Part shown: positions 21,312 to 31,687 of the stretch, one piece after another
How the letters are laid out: every line of letters begins with the position of its first letter
How positions within the stretch are numbered: the stretch's first letter is position 1
NCBI GenBank assembly: GCA_963769935.1
Contig: CAVYNY010000011.1
Coordinates: 579,032 to 643,031, forward strand
DNA length: 64,000 nt
Origin: an uncultured delta proteobacterium
GTDB lineage: Bacteria > Desulfobacterota > Desulfobacteria > Desulfobacterales > JAFDCJ01
Direction of reading: 5' to 3'
Notes under the pieces: model-generated
Seen by the model: only the letters and a program-made list of their open reading frames with translations
Told to the model about the DNA's origin: nothing
Databases searched by the model: none
Translations under genes and position numbers: made by a program

Positions 21312-21839
21312 ATGAATGATCGCAGGCTTGAGCCTCTGTGGTACGTATTGCACACCAAAAGTCGTCACGAGAAAGTTGTCACCGACGGTTTGCTGAAAAA
21401 ATCAATCGAGGTTTATCTTCCCCTGGTGACGGTGCGCAGCAAACGAAAAGACCGCCGGGTGATGATCCGGGTGCCCCTTTTTCCGGGTTATATATTTGTC
21501 AAAACGGACCTGCACCCCAACTCTCATCTGGAAGTGGTTAAGACCGTCGGCGCGGTGCGTTTGATCGGCAGCAACCACGGACCGGTACCCGTGCCGGATG
21601 AAACCGTAAGCTCTCTGCAAATTATGGTGGAAAGCAATCATGCCGTGACAACCGGGAATCAATTAAAATCAGGGGATCGCGTGATGGTGGTATACGGGCC
21701 TTTTGCAGGCGTTGTCGGGACCTTCGTTCGCTATGGAGGCAAAGGACGCGTCATTGTCAATATCGAGGCACTCGGTCAGTACGCCGGGGTTGAGGTGAAT
21801 GAGGAAGATATAGAAATTATTCCGAAAATATTATCATAA
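21312..21839 (+). CDS. NusG-paralog transcription antiterminator (UpxY/RfaH-like)
   Basis: WYVLHTKSRHEK, PLFPGYIFV NGN motif, KOW (GDRVMVVYGPFAG). Confidence 0.9.
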   Translation: MNDRRLEPLWYVLHTKSRHEKVVTDGLLKKSIEVYLPLVTVRSKRKDRRVMIRVPLFPGYIFVKTDLHPNSHLEVVKTVGAVRLIGSNHGPVPVPDETVSSLQIMVESNHAVTTGNQLKSGDRVMVVYGPFAGVVGTFVRYGGKGRVIVNIEALGQYAGVEVNEEDIEIIPKILS

Positions 21840-21843
21840 CTGC

Positions 21844-21873
21844 TTGACATTTAATTATGTTTCGGGCTATAAA
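21844..21873 (+). promoter_or_regulatory. Putative sigma70 promoter for ihfB-holB
   Basis: TTGACA-18 nt-TATAAA. Confidence 0.5.
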
Positions 21874-21918
21874 TTTCTAATATACTAATGAATACCTGTT
21901 GTTTAAGAAGGAGGGCTT

Positions 21919-22194
21919 ATGAATAAACTGGAGCTAATCTCCGCCCTGAAAACCGAAGCGGATATTTCAAAAGCGGAAGCGGCAAAAGTGGTCCAGATAT
22001 TTTTCGATAACATGGCGGATGCCATGGCCCGGGGAGAGCGCGTCGAAATCAGGGGTCTGTGCAGCTTTTTTGTGAAAGAATACAAGAGCTACACCGGCAG
22101 AAACCCCAAAACCGGGGACAAAGTAACTATAAAACCTAAAAGACTTCCATTTTTCAAATCGGGAAAAGAATTGAAAGATCGGGTAGACTACTGA
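21919..22194 (+). CDS. ihfB: Integration host factor beta / HU family protein
   Basis: MNKLELI, GERVEIRG, GRNPKTG, PFFKSGKELK. Confidence 0.85.
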   Translation: MNKLELISALKTEADISKAEAAKVVQIFFDNMADAMARGERVEIRGLCSFFVKEYKSYTGRNPKTGDKVTIKPKRLPFFKSGKELKDRVDY

Positions 22195-22197
22195 TTT

Positions 22198-23244
22198 GTG
22201 CCTGGATTTGATTCAATAATAGGTCAAGATCGTCCTAAAAGAATCCTAACCGCCTTCCTTCAGAAAGGGACCTTCCCACACGCCCTTCTTTTCACCGGAA
22301 TAGAAGGGGTTGGAAAAAAAAGCGCGGCAGTTGCATTCGCCATGGCGTGCAACTGCGCCGGAAACCGTTCACTTTTCAATCCCGCGGGGGAGGACAGCCG
22401 AACAAGCAATCCTACTGACGTCGTCGCCCGGTCATCAACCGTTCTGCCCTGCGGGACCTGCAAACCATGCCGTAAAATCGAATCCGATTCCCATCCGGAC
22501 ATCATCCGGATACAGCCCGCCGGTTCATTCATCAAAATCGATCAGATTCGGTCACTTTGTCAAACGCTGGCCATGAAACCTTACGAGGCAAAGGTGCGGG
22601 TGGTGATCATCTCCGACGCCCAGGCGCTGAATCCTGCCGCCGGCAATGCCCTGTTGAAAATGCTTGAAGAACCGCCGGCCGGTACCGTATTGATACTCGC
22701 GGCCTCCCATACATCGGACTTGCTGCCGACAATCGTGTCCCGCTGCCAGCAAATCCGTTTCTACCCGATTCCGCGAAAATATATGGTATCCGTGTTGGTA
22801 CGTGAACATGGCGTGGACCCCAGGGAAGCTCAAATCATCGCCGCCATGGCCGGCGGAAGTCTATCCCGCGCGGTGCAGATGCATCAGACCAATTGGATAA
22901 ACCGCAGAAACTGGCTGATTAAGGAGTCCGAGGCAATATCAATTGGATCTGCGAATCGCCTGCTGGCTTTTGGAGACCGGTTGTCAAAGGATAAAGAAAG
23001 CCTGCCCGAGGCGCTGGAGGTGATAAAGTCCTGGCTGCGGGACCTGATGGTTGCCAAGCTTAATCCGAAGAACATCATCAACCAGGATCTGGCCGCCACA
23101 CTGCAGCAGACTTCTCGCAAAATGACGCTGTCATCGTTGCTGTCAAAATTTGAAGCAATTCAATCTACCGAAAATGCCATCAAAGCCGGCACCAATATAA
23201 GGTTGGCAATGGAATCCATGGTCCTGAAATTGTCTCGCATTTGA
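22198..23244 (+). CDS. holB: DNA polymerase III subunit delta'
   Basis: HALLFTG, CGTCKPC zinc motif, HPD, NALLKMLEEPP, LLPTIVSRCQ. Confidence 0.95.
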   Translation: MPGFDSIIGQDRPKRILTAFLQKGTFPHALLFTGIEGVGKKSAAVAFAMACNCAGNRSLFNPAGEDSRTSNPTDVVARSSTVLPCGTCKPCRKIESDSHPDIIRIQPAGSFIKIDQIRSLCQTLAMKPYEAKVRVVIISDAQALNPAAGNALLKMLEEPPAGTVLILAASHTSDLLPTIVSRCQQIRFYPIPRKYMVSVLVREHGVDPREAQIIAAMAGGSLSRAVQMHQTNWINRRNWLIKESEAISIGSANRLLAFGDRLSKDKESLPEALEVIKSWLRDLMVAKLNPKNIINQDLAATLQQTSRKMTLSSLLSKFEAIQSTENAIKAGTNIRLAMESMVLKLSRI

Positions 23245-23366
23245 GCCGATTCCCCGGCCGCTGAAACCTCATATGAAGCCGCCATGCATTAGGATGTCAG
23301 CCCGTCCGCCGGCCGCGAGCGTCCAGTCTGATCAGATAAAAAACTTTATAACTGGGAAGAAAAAGA

Positions 23367-23523
23367 GGAATGGATTCTTCTTTTAAAGAAAATAATTGGA
23401 CAGGATCAACAGGATCGTTAGGATAATGCGGCCTTCGGCCGAAAGGCCCCTCGCCGCAGGCGAAAAAATTTCTGACAATCCTGTTAATCCTGTCTAAATA
23501 AAAATAAAAATCGAATCCATTCC
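23367..23523. mobile_element. MITE-like element, gacaggat family, copy 1
   Basis: Outer IRs ggaatggattc/gaatccattcc, inner IRs gacaggatcaacaggat/atcctgttaatcctgtc, internal tcgccgcaggcga hairpin. Confidence 0.7.
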
Positions 23524-23768
23524 ACATACCTTCATTGAAGTTTCACAGGGGCCGGGCCGCTGTTTTCAGGCTCCGAAAAATTTTTTGTTGATGTTGTCGG
23601 CAATGAATCCTATATTTGATTTCGACAGCGCATGCTTGGAGACGAAATTCTTTCCGATTCATAAGGATTGACAACCCTGATTTTCCGCATTTGTAACTAT
23701 AGCCTTTGCGAGTGTCTCGTATAAGTTTCTTTACCGGGGGATAGTTCTGGAAAAAGCGCGAGGAGATA

Positions 23769-24566
23769 ATGAATAAAAAAGTTGGCATTAGATTTAAATC
23801 CACCGGCAAGGTGTATGATTTTGACTGCGGCGCTTTCGTGCTGAAGCCCGGCGACCAAGTAATTGTAGAAACCGAACAGGGACTCGGTCTCGGCGCAGTG
23901 GCGGTGGCACCGTTGGAATACGAGGCCAACCCGTCGGATCGACCTCTAAAAAAAGTTTACCGCCTGGCACAGCCGAAAGATTTCGAGCTGCTCAATAAAA
24001 ACCTGGCCGAAGAAAAAACAGCTCACAGTTATTGTGTTAACTGCATTAAGGAATTGGGGCTGAAAATGAATCTTTTTTCGGTGGAAAAATCTTTCGACGG
24101 CAATAAATACACATTTTTTTTCACTTCCGAAGGACGGATTGACTTTCGGCAACTGGTAAAAATGCTGGTCAAAGAACTGGGGGCCCGCATTGAAATGCGC
24201 CAGGTCGGCATCCGCAACCAGGCTAAAATGTGCGGCGGTATGGGCCGGTGCGGCCGGGAACTGTGCTGTGCCGCTTTTCTGGATAAATTCGAACCGGTGT
24301 CTATCCGCATGGCCAAAGAGCAGAGCCTGTCGCTAAACCCCACAAAAATCTCGGGCCAGTGCGGACGCTTGATGTGCTGCTTGACCTATGAGTTTGAAAC
24401 CTATCAGGATCTGAAAAAAAAAATGCCCAGAATCGGAAAATCCGTAACGACCACCAACGGCAAAGGCAAAGTGATTCGTCACAATGCGATTTGTGACCGG
24501 ATAACCGTTCGGTTGGAAGACGGTATGGAAATCGAAACCGCGGTCAATCAACTCATAAAGGATTAA
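23769..24566 (+). CDS. ricT: PSP1/RicT (YaaT) family protein
   Basis: RIDFRQLVK, GGMGRCGRELCC, KISGQCGRLMCCL. Sits in the holB-ricT-metG order. Confidence 0.9.
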   Translation: MNKKVGIRFKSTGKVYDFDCGAFVLKPGDQVIVETEQGLGLGAVAVAPLEYEANPSDRPLKKVYRLAQPKDFELLNKNLAEEKTAHSYCVNCIKELGLKMNLFSVEKSFDGNKYTFFFTSEGRIDFRQLVKMLVKELGARIEMRQVGIRNQAKMCGGMGRCGRELCCAAFLDKFEPVSIRMAKEQSLSLNPTKISGQCGRLMCCLTYEFETYQDLKKKMPRIGKSVTTTNGKGKVIRHNAICDRITVRLEDGMEIETAVNQLIKD

Positions 24567-24569
24567 AAA

Positions 24570-26492
24570 ATGTCCAGGCCCTTTTATATCACCACCCCGA
24601 TTTACTATGTCAATGCCCGTCCGCATCTGGGACATGCCTACACCACCATCGTGGCCGATGTGGCGACGCGTTTCCATACCATGCGCGGTTGCGAGGTTTA
24701 TTTTTTAACCGGCACCGACGAACATGGCGACAAGGTTGTGCGCGCTGCAAAAAAAGAGAATATGACGCCCAGAAATTACGTGGACACTATCAGCCAGCTT
24801 TTTCGTGATCTTTGGCCGGAATTGAACGTCAACAACAGTGGCTTTATCCGAACCACGGATGCCCCCCACATGGCCGTCGTAGAACAGGTGCTGCAGAAAA
24901 TCTATGATGCCGGCGATATCTATTTTTCCGAGTACGAAGGGCTATATTGTTTTGGATGCGAGCGCTTCTACACCGAACGCGAGCTGGTGGACGGAAAATG
25001 TCCGGATCATGAAACCGAACCGGAAGTGATTAAGGAATCCAACTACTTCTTTAAAATGAGCCGGTATCAGGATTGGTTGGTGGAGCATATCAACAATACA
25101 CCGGATTTCATCCGCCCTGAAAGATATAAAAACGAGGCACTGGCTTTTCTAAAAGAGCCCCTGGAAGATCTGTGTATTTCCAGGCCCAAATCCCGGTTGA
25201 AATGGGGCATTACCCTGCCTTTTGACGGCGACTATGTCACCTATGTCTGGTTTGATGCTCTGTTAAACTACGTCTCCGCCCTGGGGTATCCGGATGGTGA
25301 GCTGTTCAAAACTTTCTGGCCGGAGGCCCAGCACATTGTGGCCAAGGATATCCTTAAACCCCACGGCATTTATTGGCCGATCATGCTCAAGGCCGCCGGC
25401 ATTCCGATCTACCGCCACCTGAATGTTCACGGGTATTGGAATGTCGAGCAAAGCAAAATGTCAAAAAGCCTCGGCAATGTCGTTGAGCCCCTGGCGCTTA
25501 AAAATATTTATGGCCTGGATGCGTTTCGCTTTTTTCTGATTCGGGACATGACATTCGGCCTGGATTCAAGTTTCAGTGAGGAGTCCCTGATTCAGCGCAT
25601 CAATGCGGATCTGGCCAATGACCTCGGCAATTTGTTTTCCAGGGTCCTGTCGATGGTGCATAAATATTTCGAGGGCGTTGTTCCGGAGATTGATCCGGCG
25701 GTGGAGCAGGAATGCGAACTCGGTCTGGAAGCAGACGCCCAAAGCGCAATTGCCGAGTATGAACCCCTGATGGAATCATTTCAGTTTCACAATGCCCTGC
25801 GGGCTGTGTGGCAATTTATCAGCCGCATGAACAAATACGTGGACGTCACGGCTCCCTGGGAGTTGGCCAAGAAAAAATCAAGCCGCAAATCATTGGCGGT
25901 AGTCCTTCACAATCTGCTGGAAGGACTCAGAATTATTTCCGGCCTGATCTATCCGGTGATGCCGGAGACTGCCGCCAAAATGCAAAAACATCTCGGATTA
26001 AATCCGGACGAGCCATTCTATTTGCTTGATCGGCTCAAATCCTGGAAAGCCATTCAACCCGGCACCCATCTGCCGAAGTCCACGGTCCTTTTTCCACGGA
26101 TCGAACCGGTTGACAACAAAGATGCCCAGGCGGCTAAACAGGAAATACCGGCCCAATACCCTGAGATTAAACCGGAGATCACAATTGAGCAATTCAGCGC
26201 GGTCGACCTGAGAGTGGCAACCGTGGTTCAGGCGGAGACAATCCCCCGAGCCAATAAAATTCTTAAACTCGAAGTCGATCTGGGGCAAAAACGGATTATC
26301 GTGGCGGGCATCGCCGGTACCTATACCCCCGCAGAACTGGTCGGCAAACAGGTGATTGTGGTGGCCAACTTAAAGCCGGTCAAACTGATGGGGATTGTCT
26401 CCAACGGCATGTTGGTTGCGGCTGTCGGTGATGCCGGCCCCACCCTGGCAACCCTGGACAAACCGGTGGCGCCCGGAACACCGCTTAGGTGA
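24570..26492 (+). CDS. metG: Methionine--tRNA ligase with C-terminal tRNA-binding domain
   Basis: HLGH, KMSKS, zinc-knuckle region, C-terminal OB domain. Confidence 0.97.
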   Translation: MSRPFYITTPIYYVNARPHLGHAYTTIVADVATRFHTMRGCEVYFLTGTDEHGDKVVRAAKKENMTPRNYVDTISQLFRDLWPELNVNNSGFIRTTDAPHMAVVEQVLQKIYDAGDIYFSEYEGLYCFGCERFYTERELVDGKCPDHETEPEVIKESNYFFKMSRYQDWLVEHINNTPDFIRPERYKNEALAFLKEPLEDLCISRPKSRLKWGITLPFDGDYVTYVWFDALLNYVSALGYPDGELFKTFWPEAQHIVAKDILKPHGIYWPIMLKAAGIPIYRHLNVHGYWNVEQSKMSKSLGNVVEPLALKNIYGLDAFRFFLIRDMTFGLDSSFSEESLIQRINADLANDLGNLFSRVLSMVHKYFEGVVPEIDPAVEQECELGLEADAQSAIAEYEPLMESFQFHNALRAVWQFISRMNKYVDVTAPWELAKKKSSRKSLAVVLHNLLEGLRIISGLIYPVMPETAAKMQKHLGLNPDEPFYLLDRLKSWKAIQPGTHLPKSTVLFPRIEPVDNKDAQAAKQEIPAQYPEIKPEITIEQFSAVDLRVATVVQAETIPRANKILKLEVDLGQKRIIVAGIAGTYTPAELVGKQVIVVANLKPVKLMGIVSNGMLVAAVGDAGPTLATLDKPVAPGTPLR

Positions 26493-26561
26493 ATAAGAAT
26501 TTCGTTGAGGTGCATTGGAACGACGGGAGCACACTGGGAACAATGGTGTATCGGAATATCG

Positions 26562-26895
26562 TAAATTCCAAATCACAAATAACAAATATCAAACAAATCA
26601 CAATGATCAAAATTCGAAATTCGGTCCGCCATCATACAAAAGCTCAGAGCCGCCCGCAGCACATCGGGTACATCGGACTTGAGCACACAACGAACGTCTC
26701 ACTGTAGATAATTTCGTAGCGCGCTAATTGTGTTTGGGTCATTGAATATTGGAATTTGAGATTTGCCTGCCCTGTTAAATGGGTTCGCGGCATAAGTTGT
26801 CAGTCTGATCTTTATTCCTAAAAACGCAGAACGCCGCACCATTAATTGCATTATTTAACAGGGTAAATAATTTGGTGCTTGTATTTTGGGATTTT
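26562..26895. repeat. aaattccaa-family inverted repeat carrying a nested ccctgttaaa...tttaacaggg element
   Basis: Arms similar to 5255-5478. The right arm is interrupted at ~26766-26863 by a second IR element. Confidence 0.65.
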
Positions 26896-26914
26896 GTGTC
26901 GCTTTTAACTTATT

Positions 26915-27700
26915 ATGGCCGATAAAAATCACAAAAACGGTTTACCGCCTTGTTTTGGAATAATCCCGGCCCGCTATGATTCACAAAGGTTTCCCGGTAA
27001 ACCCCTGGCGGATATTCACGGCCGGCCCATGATCTGGCATGTATTTGAGCGGGCCCGCCGATGCCGGACCCTTGCAGCGGTGGTTCTGGCCACCGACGAC
27101 GCGCGCATTCAATCCGCGGCCCAAAAATTCGATATCCCGGTGGTCATGACCCGCAGCGATCATCCCAGCGGTACCGACCGCGTGCTGGAAGCGGCGCAAA
27201 AACTGAATCTAGCCGCGGATGCGGTTGTCGTCAACATTCAGGGCGACGAGCCCGCGCTGGACCCGGCCATGCTGACGGAACTGATTCTGCCATTCCGTGA
27301 GCCGGAAATTCAGGTGGCAACCCTGGCACGCAAAATCAGTGCCGGGCAGGCCCGGAATCCGGATCTGGTTAAAGTGGTGTTTGCCGCAGAAGGCCGCGCA
27401 CTTTACTTTTCGCGCTCACCGATTCCGTACCACCGGCAGTTGGAAAATAGTAGTCACTACGGGCATGTCGGGATTTACGCGTTTCGCATGCCGGCCCTGC
27501 AAAAATTCGTTGCTTTACCCCGGGGCCGCCTGGAAGTCACCGAAAAGCTCGAACAGCTGAGGTTGCTTGAAAACGGCATCCCCATCCATATTGTGGTGAC
27601 CAAACATCAAAGCATCGGCGTGGACCGGCCGGAAGACATTGAAATCGCAAGCAGAATCATAATGGAGCAGGAGCGAAGTCAGGCGAGTCCACCGGCCTGA
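26915..27700 (+). CDS. kdsB: 3-deoxy-manno-octulosonate cytidylyltransferase
   Basis: [46 protein letters not shown]. Confidence 0.96.
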   Translation: MADKNHKNGLPPCFGIIPARYDSQRFPGKPLADIHGRPMIWHVFERARRCRTLAAVVLATDDARIQSAAQKFDIPVVMTRSDHPSGTDRVLEAAQKLNLAADAVVVNIQGDEPALDPAMLTELILPFREPEIQVATLARKISAGQARNPDLVKVVFAAEGRALYFSRSPIPYHRQLENSSHYGHVGIYAFRMPALQKFVALPRGRLEVTEKLEQLRLLENGIPIHIVVTKHQSIGVDRPEDIEIASRIIMEQERSQASPPA

Positions 27701-27895
27701 AATGAGCGGCACGGTTTTAATCCCGAATAATAAAGCTTAATCATGTTCACCGCATGATTTTTGTATCAGAGACTGATCCGATAACGACGAACAAGATTAA
27801 AAAGGATAGATGAAACAAATTTTCAATTCTGCGATCTCCGTGGTCTCTGCGGTTAATCTTCAGTCTCCAGGTTATCCGGGTAGGGAGCTGATCAC

Positions 27896-30800
27896 ATGAA
27901 GCAACATATCCATTCAAAGTTGGCACGGATCGTAAAAACTCTCGGCAGGCTAAGCCGGCCGGCCTGGGAGGCTCTGACCGGGATCTTGACCGCGGATGTC
28001 TATTTCGGCCGCAGCCCGGCCGGCCAACTTCCGGGATCCATCGTATTGTTCCCTTATCGCGAAAGCATGTTGTGCTGCGGGATCGCCGCCATGGTTTCCT
28101 ATAAGATTAAAAAACCCAAAGCAGCTTCCCCGAAGATAGCGCGGCTGGATGAAATGGCCGCCGCAATTGAGCAGCAGGGCTGTGAAATCTGTAAAGAATC
28201 CGGATACAACGACATCGAAGATAAATATCTGGGCGGAGAAGCCCTTATCGATTCTTTGTGGCTGGCGGCCCAGAGCCTTAAATCCGAAAACCCGTTTTTT
28301 TCCCTTTATACCAATTCCGATGCACAGAAGCAGCTTGAAAAGCTCGGGCGGCAGCTGAACGCCGTAGCCGCAGCCGAACTGCGATTGCTGGCCGAGCTGA
28401 TGGGTCGAATTCCGGCCCAAAAAGCGGAATTGATGTTTGCCCGCATTGAAAAGCTTAAAGATATCGCCTGGTGCCTCCTCAATGAAATTACAAACAACAT
28501 TAACCAGATAAAGGAATTATGCCGGGGACTCCCGCAGCCGCCGCAACCCGGAACCATCAGCGTTTTTAAAAAGATCAATACCATCTTAAACAGCATTGAT
28601 CGACTGGAAGTCAGAGGACGTGATTCGGCCGGCATTTCGTTGATATTCGTATTGAAGGCCGCCGAATTTGAAAATTTTGAAAATGCCTTGAAAAAGGCAA
28701 ACATTTACAACCGCTTGGATGAGCGCTGCGTCCGGGACACCCTGGTCAACGGCGGGATCAGCATCCACCGCCCCAACCCGGACGCGGTTGACGGACATGC
28801 TGCTGTTTCGATGGTCTACAAAGTGGCCAACGAAGTCGGCAGCCTGGGTGACAATATATCATTTTTGCGCCGGCAGATTGCCGATGACCCGATCCTGCAA
28901 ACCCTGGCCGCCCGCCCCAGCGAGTTTGATACCATATCGGCCCACACCCGCTGGGCTTCGGTGGGTGCCATCACCGAAGCCAACTGCCACCCGGTGGACA
29001 ACCAAACCGTGCAAAATTCGACGACCGACCTGGATATCATTCATACCTGTCTAAATGGAGATATTGATAATTTTCAAGAGCTCAAACGTGAGTTCGAATC
29101 CAGCGGCGATCGAATCCAGGATGACATCACCACGGATACCAAGATTATACCCCTGACCATTCAAAAGTATATTACGCAGGGCCATCCCGTGGAAGAGGCC
29201 TTCCGGCTGGCCCTGAATGATTTTGCCGGATCCCACGCCATTTCCATGCATACGAATCTGGCCCCCGGCAAAATTTTTCTGGGTCAAAAAGGCAGCGGAC
29301 AGGCCCTTTTTGTAGGGATTGCCGCCGATCATTATATGGCCACTTCCGAAGTCTATGGATTCGTCGAAGAAACTCAGGACTACATCAAGCTGGACGGCGA
29401 AACCATGGTGCCGGGCAAGCAGGGACCAACCCAGGGTCAAATTTTCATTTTGGACCAACAGTCTGCCGGATCTCTGGCCGGCATCACCGCTTTTTATTAC
29501 GACGGCACGCCCCTCGATCTGGGTCAAAAGGACCTCAAGCATACCCAGATTACCTCGCGGGATATCGACCGCCAGGCATTCCCCCATTATTTCTTAAAGG
29601 AAATCTCGGAATCGCCGGATTCCATGGAAAAAACGCTGCGGAATCGCTGGAAAGTATCAGAAAACGACAGCCGGCAATACACCATAACCCTGGATCAGAC
29701 CGTGATTCCGCCTGCGCTGGAAAGTGCGCTGGCCGAGGACCGGATCAAACGCATATATTTCATCGGCCAGGGCACAGCCGGCGTGGCCGCCTTGGCTTGC
29801 GCGAACATCCTGAATTACTATCTGGATAATCCATCCTACCATATCCATGCGTTGAAAGCGTCTGAATTCAGCGGATTTCAGATAAAGGAAACTGACGATG
29901 CCGCCAGCATGGCCGACACGCTGGTCATCGCTATCAGCCAGTCGGGCACCACAACCGATACCAATCGCACCGTGGACATGGTGAAAGAAAGAGGCGCCCA
30001 TACCCTGGCCATCGTCAACCGCCGAGATTCGGACCTTACGTTTAAAGTCGACGGCGTCATGTATACCAGCAGCGGCCGCGACATTGAAATGTCGGTAGCC
30101 TCCACCAAGGCTTTTTATTGCCAGATCGTGGCGGGAGCAATCCTGGGGCTTTATATTGCAACTGTCAAAAAGCGCCGTGATGCGAAATTTGTTACCGCAG
30201 AAATCAAGCAGCTTCTCGAGCTGCCCGGTCATATGCGCAAAATCCTGGCCGCAACCGACTCCATTCAAAAATCGGCTGAAAAATTGGCCGTCACAAAAAC
30301 ATACTGGGCCGTGGTGGGCAGCGGCCCCAATAAAGCGTCGGCCGATGAAATACGCATCAAGCTGAGCGAATTGTGTTATAAGACGATTTCATCGGATTTT
30401 GTGGAGGATAAAAAGCACATTGATTTGTCCTCGGAGCCGCTGATCATTGTCTGCGCAGCCGGCATGCGCAGCTCGGTGATTGGTGATATTATGAAGGATA
30501 CCGCCATCTTCAAAGCTCATAAAGCCACTCCCGTCGTCATTGTCGATGAAGGCGAAGATCGTTTCGATGCTTATGCGGATACCGTCATCCATGTGCCCCG
30601 GGTCCAGGAACACCTCGCCCCGATTCTAAACACCCTGGTCGGTCATATCTGGGGCTACTATGCGGCCTTGGCCATTAATGACGGCTCAAGATTTCTCTAC
30701 CGCTTCCGGGATGAACTTAAAAATACGATCGACGAATATTCTGCCGGGGGCCTGAACGTATACGAAATCATTCTCGAACAGCCATTTCGGGAAAAAATCG

Positions 30801-31687
30801 CCGAGTTTTATGCTGAATTCAGAAAAAAAAGAGCCGCCGGGAAATTCCCGGTGGCCATCGGATTGGATGTCGCCTCCGATCTCACGCTGCTTCTCAAGTA
30901 TCTTTCCGGCCGGCTGCCGGTAGCGGATTTCGACCTCGACTTCAATCAAAAGGGCACCGCCGCCAACATGCTCAATGCCCTGTTTAAATGTCTGGCAGAA
31001 GCCATCGGCATTATGGCCCGCCCGGTGGATGCGATTAAACACCAGGCGAAAACCGTTACGGTCGGTACCAGCCGAATCACCGACCTGATCGAAGGTATCC
31101 TGTTTGATGCCCTGCACCGTGAAAGTTTTACCATTGCCCAGCTGACCAACACGAATATCATTGTCCTGAAAAATCTACAGGCCATCATCGAGCAAATCAA
31201 TGGAACCACCCTTTATCGTATTGACGGCTTGAATGTCCTCGGCGAACCTGCCGAAGAAACAACCATTGCGGTTATTAAAAAGACGGGAGCGGCTGCCGAT
31301 GTAAGGTCCCGGGTTGAAAAGGACAATCGTTTGAAGGGAACCAAGCGGATTATCATAAGACAGGGCAACGTCTACATCGGGAAGGGTCGCAAAGACGAGC
31401 GCAGCATACTGATTATTCCCATTTTAACCATCTCGAGCCAAACTCCGACCCGTATAGAATATCTGTTGCTGCTGCATATATCTTTTAAAACAACCGTCGA
31501 CCTCGACTCAAAGATTAAGGCCCTGGGCGGCAAATACGAACACATAAAAAATATTGTGCAGGAAAACAATATCGTCTGGCACAATGGTCTTCTCGAACTT
31601 GTGGATACCGAAGAGCTGTTCGGCCGCTCGGCTGAAAAAATCGGCGAATCCATCGTGTCGCATCAAAACGGACAGAAGGAAAGATAG
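27896..31687 (+). CDS. Expanded GlmS-like glutamine amidotransferase / SIS-domain protein (1263 aa)
   Basis: CCGI, LEVRGRDSAG, AHTRWAS, NCHP, NGDIDN, ISQSGTTTDT, VASTKAF, plus a large N-terminal insert and a C-terminal extension. Confidence 0.85.
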   Translation: MKQHIHSKLARIVKTLGRLSRPAWEALTGILTADVYFGRSPAGQLPGSIVLFPYRESMLCCGIAAMVSYKIKKPKAASPKIARLDEMAAAIEQQGCEICKESGYNDIEDKYLGGEALIDSLWLAAQSLKSENPFFSLYTNSDAQKQLEKLGRQLNAVAAAELRLLAELMGRIPAQKAELMFARIEKLKDIAWCLLNEITNNINQIKELCRGLPQPPQPGTISVFKKINTILNSIDRLEVRGRDSAGISLIFVLKAAEFENFENALKKANIYNRLDERCVRDTLVNGGISIHRPNPDAVDGHAAVSMVYKVANEVGSLGDNISFLRRQIADDPILQTLAARPSEFDTISAHTRWASVGAITEANCHPVDNQTVQNSTTDLDIIHTCLNGDIDNFQELKREFESSGDRIQDDITTDTKIIPLTIQKYITQGHPVEEAFRLALNDFAGSHAISMHTNLAPGKIFLGQKGSGQALFVGIAADHYMATSEVYGFVEETQDYIKLDGETMVPGKQGPTQGQIFILDQQSAGSLAGITAFYYDGTPLDLGQKDLKHTQITSRDIDRQAFPHYFLKEISESPDSMEKTLRNRWKVSENDSRQYTITLDQTVIPPALESALAEDRIKRIYFIGQGTAGVAALACANILNYYLDNPSYHIHALKASEFSGFQIKETDDAASMADTLVIAISQSGTTTDTNRTVDMVKERGAHTLAIVNRRDSDLTFKVDGVMYTSSGRDIEMSVASTKAFYCQIVAGAILGLYIATVKKRRDAKFVTAEIKQLLELPGHMRKILAATDSIQKSAEKLAVTKTYWAVVGSGPNKASADEIRIKLSELCYKTISSDFVEDKKHIDLSSEPLIIVCAAGMRSSVIGDIMKDTAIFKAHKATPVVIVDEGEDRFDAYADTVIHVPRVQEHLAPILNTLVGHIWGYYAALAINDGSRFLYRFRDELKNTIDEYSAGGLNVYEIILEQPFREKIAEFYAEFRKKRAAGKFPVAIGLDVASDLTLLLKYLSGRLPVADFDLDFNQKGTAANMLNALFKCLAEAIGIMARPVDAIKHQAKTVTVGTSRITDLIEGILFDALHRESFTIAQLTNTNIIVLKNLQAIIEQINGTTLYRIDGLNVLGEPAEETTIAVIKKTGAAADVRSRVEKDNRLKGTKRIIIRQGNVYIGKGRKDERSILIIPILTISSQTPTRIEYLLLLHISFKTTVDLDSKIKALGGKYEHIKNIVQENNIVWHNGLLELVDTEELFGRSAEKIGESIVSHQNGQKER

